Origin: Xylographa opegraphella
Taxonomy: Eukaryota
Assembly (NCBI GenBank): GCA_022813865.1
Contig: JALDZX010000073.1
Coordinates: forward strand, 1-64,000
Direction: 5' to 3'
DNA length: 64,000 bases
Below, in pieces: positions 60,287-64,000 of the stretch (position 1 is the stretch's first letter; the number at the start of each line of letters is the position of its first letter). Made by a program: the position numbers and the translations under genes. The notes beneath the pieces were generated by a model, which was not told the origin of the DNA, ran no database searches, and saw only the letters and a list, made by a program, of their open reading frames with translations.

Positions 60287-61726
60287 TCAATCCCAATACT
60301 TGATAGCGCCATCAAGCCCCGCGGTAGCAACTTTGCTGCTCTCCTGCGGATGCCACTGCGCACATACCACGGGACCATCCGCCGCGATCATCTTATGCCA
60401 CATCTTGCACGTCTTCCAGTCCCAGAAACAAACGTATCCTCCGCTGTCGCCACTCATCACGAACTGGCCATCCGGGGATATGCTCACGTCGATCGCGTAT
60501 CCTGCGTTGTTGTGCCCCCGGAAGCTCTTCTTCCGGTTCTGGCGGAAGCGGTCTGTTGAGGCGTAGACCACAATCTGGTTGTCACCGGATTGGAAGGCGA
60601 CGTGTTTGCCGGATGGGTGAGCAGAGGCGCGCACCAGGGAGTACATGTATGGCTCAGCGATGAATTTGATCGGGACGGGGATGTTGTACTCCCAGGCGCG
60701 AAGTGACTTGTCATCGGATGTGGTGATGAAGCGGCGATCCTGGTCAACGAAGGTAATTGTATTGACGGGGCCGAGATGATGATCGTACTCCTGAGTCATC
60801 TCGCCAGATCGCGTGTCGAACTGCACGATCTTCTTATCCGACATGCCCGCGAGGAACTCATGTGAGTTCTGCTCAGAAGGATTGAACCGTATAACATGAG
60901 GTATCTTGCCGGTAGTAAACCTAGAGATACATTTGCCATACTCAGTGTCCCAGAGTTTCATTTGACGGTCATAGGAGGCGGATAAGAAAGTCGTTCCAGA
61001 GGGAGAGAAGGACGAATCAGTGACTGATTTCGTATGGCCGGAGAAGGTTCGGAGAAGCGAGCGGGAGTGGAAAGAGTCCCATATCTTGAGCTTTGAATCG
61101 GCTGAAGAAGAGAGGAGAAGGTGACCTGAAGAGGGGAAGAAGCGAAGGGAGGTAATGGCTTTGGTGTGCGATTTCCAGACATGGATCTGTTTCTTGGGGA
61201 CATAGTTTTTTTGCGTACCAGCCTCTTGCCGCAGATCTATGTCCAGATCTTGTGGAACATGCATATACGTCCGTCCTTGATAGTCAAATTGCTCCTCACC
61301 ATGAAATTCCGTGGTTTCGGATGTTCCCACTGAATCGGCATAGTCAGTACTTGCTGCTGGTAAAGCTGGCATGGTGGGAGGAACGATAGCCTCCTCAATA
61401 TATTCCTCGTCACTAGCGAGCTCTGCGCCCGCTATCGCAGCTTCGTCTTCATAGGCTTGATCTTGGTCCTCATATTTGGCCCATGGGCCACGATATGCTC
61501 CCTCACCATCCACTATACTCGGATCACCTTTCTTTTGCCTTTTCGGTTTAACAAGGGCGCTGGCCTCTCCCTCTGTATGGTTCCACTTGAGCCTCTGTGC
61601 TTTAAAGGTGGAATGGCTTATGGCAATTTCTTCAGCGTGCCCGGTGGGAAGATTCTTCCGCTTTAAGGCGTTGTTTTGTGTAGCTGCGCTGACACCGTCC
61701 TTACCATTGTATACTGCGACCTCCAT
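60287..61726 (-). CDS. PRP17: Pre-mRNA splicing factor Prp17/Cdc40 (WD40)
   Basis: YRGPWA, DYQGRTYMHVP, WD repeats (HTKAIT...KIWD), QEYDHHLG and ESSKVATAGLDGAIKYWD. Confidence 0.95.
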   Translation of the reverse strand: MEVAVYNGKDGVSAATQNNALKRKNLPTGHAEEIAISHSTFKAQRLKWNHTEGEASALVKPKRQKKGDPSIVDGEGAYRGPWAKYEDQDQAYEDEAAIAGAELASDEEYIEEAIVPPTMPALPAASTDYADSVGTSETTEFHGEEQFDYQGRTYMHVPQDLDIDLRQEAGTQKNYVPKKQIHVWKSHTKAITSLRFFPSSGHLLLSSSADSKLKIWDSFHSRSLLRTFSGHTKSVTDSSFSPSGTTFLSASYDRQMKLWDTEYGKCISRFTTGKIPHVIRFNPSEQNSHEFLAGMSDKKIVQFDTRSGEMTQEYDHHLGPVNTITFVDQDRRFITTSDDKSLRAWEYNIPVPIKFIAEPYMYSLVRASAHPSGKHVAFQSGDNQIVVYASTDRFRQNRKKSFRGHNNAGYAIDVSISPDGQFVMSGDSGGYVCFWDWKTCKMWHKMIAADGPVVCAQWHPQESSKVATAGLDGAIKYWD

Positions 61727-62155
61727 GATAGAATATTACAGAAGATCTACGAGCATCTGGAAACGAGCATCTAGAAGCCGGATGGTCGGGCGCATGTTCA
61801 CAAATAATACTGTAGTTCTCCACTACTTGCCCTAGTAGTCGAGGCAGTTTAGTGCAAAATGCTGAGTCATCATGATAATCAAGATAGTACAGCAAAATTC
61901 AAGAATAATCTTTCGTGGTATTCCAATATCAGGTCCTTTCAATTTCTCTTATGAACACTAAGTATCCATGACATTCTTCTCATACGTGTCCCAGAGAGTC
62001 CACATGTTTGCCCAGCTCTCATACTTCCTTCCCGCTCACCGTCCTGAAACCCAACCACGTACAGCATCCCGAAGCCCCACCTTTAATCTCCTTCTATCCT
62101 ATTATTCACGGGTTCCGCCGCCATGTATCATACTTGTAGTGAGCTCTGCTCGTAG

Positions 62156-62821
62156 TCAATGCGATTCGTCCTTTATCAGCGCCACGATCATACTGTAGAG
62201 GTAGAAGAAGAACATCACAAGGTGGAATCCAAGCTTGATGAACGATTCCTGTATTGAAACATCCAGTTAGAAAGACCCTCTCAAAAGCTTTGGCTTAGTG
62301 ATTCTCTGACCTTCTTGTGCACGTTCAGTTTCCGGAATATCTCCGTTGCGTCGAGGAGATGTTGATTGTCGAATATCCTATTCATAGGTTATCACTGCTT
62401 TCGAGTTCCGAACAACCGTATTTGCTTACTTCTTTGCGTTGAATGCGAGCAGAGGGAGATTCAGGAGTAGTGCAATCCAATATCCGTTGATCAGGAAAAG
62501 GAAAGTGAGGAAGGCATGTACGGCAGCCTCGGGTATAATGTACATATTGAGCCGATTACAGAGGTCGATCGGATTGATATAGTCACTGTTGAGATATACA
62601 TGTTAGCCATGGTGAATTCAAAGCTTCGGTGGAGTAGTTGGCTCAGTGTAATCCGGTGCATGAAACTCCTGCCATAACTGCATAACTGAGCAGCTACCAG
62701 GGACGAGGGAGTCTGACCATTCCAAGTCACTGTACATGATTGTGAAGAAGACTTGTAGAAATAGATTGACGGCATTGATTAGCACGGCTAGCAAGTATAG
62801 CCATGCTTCTCCGGACATCAT
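62156..62821 (-). CDS. ERV14: Cornichon / ER-derived vesicle cargo receptor, 4 exons
   Basis: [47 protein letters not shown]...[27 protein letters not shown]...DESH*. Confidence 0.95.
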
Positions 62822-63405
62822 CTTGGGCTATGGTGCGTTCCCGTTGTACTGATTGGTAGTCGACCAGATCGCGATCTCGCTAGGAGTTTCAAGAGAGGTT
62901 CCGAAGCCGGTTGTGCACCGAGGATTTATGTTGCGATATAGCTGTTCAAGCTTTTCCAGAAGATAGTAAGCGGCCTGCGTCGAGGGGAAACTTGGTGTAA
63001 AGTAGACTCCTGAGGAAAACCAGACGAAAATCACAAACGCGACAAGCCCCACGATGTCTCTGGAGTATTGCGTGTCGAGATGCAGACTAGATATACTGAG
63101 GCGCAGGTACGCGAAGTTGCTGCACTGCGAAAAGTTGTTGATTTGATTCGAAGATACGGCGTCAAACTAGGCTCGCGTGCTGAGCAAGCTCAAATCTAGA
63201 TACGGCCATGCCCTAAGGTATCCTACCTTATATGCAACCGGACGTCACATGCCGACAACAAGGAATGATCAGCGTCAATTTCCCATTACGAAGTATTCCT
63301 GCTATAATAACATATCTCTACGACCGGTATACAACAGAATGCTTGGATCCTCGGTCGCTCAATTATTTGAATGATTTGCGAAATCTATACGCCTTGCTAC
63401 GAGTC

Positions 63406-64000
63406 TCATGAGGCCAGTGGGACCTCACGATACCCTTCACGCATGAAGCCTCGAAGTTCTTCCAGGCCCTGCCTTACCACCTGCGTCTCGTTCACGAAGC
63501 CTATGCGTACATACCCCTTGAAGGCTTTGTCATCACCAAAACATCGACTTCCAGGGCAAAACATGACCCCTTTTCTCTCTTGCAGTAGCTTGCAAAGTTC
63601 AACGTCGTCTACCTCCTGACCTTCCCTAGAGAACTTTACGAAAGCTGTGGTTCCAGCCGTCGGCTTCACCCATTCGCAGGCCCATCTGTGGCGCTCGATA
63701 AACTCCTCTAATATTGCTAGATTTGTCTTGGCAAGCTGAATGTTTCTGCTCAAAAGACTATGAATCGTCTCAGGGGCCAAGGCGAAGGTGGCCACCTGAT
63801 CGTCCAGACGGCTCACTGAGATAGTGGTATAATCTCTTGCGCTAGCACATGCCTCTACCAATTCTCGAGATCTAGAGGCGATCCAGCCAACTCTAATTCC
63901 TGCCAGCGCGTATGCTTTCGATAATGAGCCGGTGGCTACAGCCTTTGGGTAAGAAAGCGAGAGAATCGAGGGGGGGAACTCGGGATCCAGTGGACCGATA
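63406..64000 (-). CDS. PLP-dependent class I/II aminotransferase (5' part outside window)
   Basis: ATGSLSKAYALAGIRVGW (PLP lysine), PG..F...GYVRIGF. Open frame to the window edge. Confidence 0.9.
   Translation of the reverse strand, partial: IGPLDPEFPPSILSLSYPKAVATGSLSKAYALAGIRVGWIASRSRELVEACASARDYTTISVSRLDDQVATFALAPETIHSLLSRNIQLAKTNLAILEEFIERHRWACEWVKPTAGTTAFVKFSREGQEVDDVELCKLLQERKGVMFCPGSRCFGDDKAFKGYVRIGFVNETQVVRQGLEELRGFMREGYREVPLAS

Noticed and set aside
20214..61726. RNA-processing gene cluster (SNU13, snR45, CET1, PRP17)
   Set aside because: The genes are widely spaced among unrelated genes, which is expected by chance in a housekeeping region.

Overview
Gene-dense 64 kb region of a filamentous ascomycete (Pezizomycotina) genome. 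It has short GT-AG introns with CTRAY branch sites. An EZH2/KMT6 gene argues against Aspergillus and budding yeasts, which lack PRC2. About 21 housekeeping genes are recognisable: KMT6/EZH2, RAD2/XPG, PPZ phosphatase, SNU13 (missed by the ORF track), a twin-CX9C protein, CENP-U/AME1-like, AP180/YAP180, MSD1, nudC, an FAD monooxygenase, a purine nucleoside permease, an SDR, IKS1, COX10, CET1, RPN2, a ZZ/EF-hand protein, PRP17, cornichon and a partial aminotransferase. The window opens with an AT-rich fold-back (MITE-like) repeat beside an assembly gap. The most notable signal is non-coding, between YAP180 and MSD1. It is a minus-strand snR45/U13-type 18S rRNA acetylation-guide snoRNA split by a 53-nt spliceosomal intron. 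About 150 nt downstream on the same strand lies an unidentified, closed, pseudoknot-containing structured RNA candidate of about 335 nt. All calls were made by eye; exon boundaries and family names need database confirmation.
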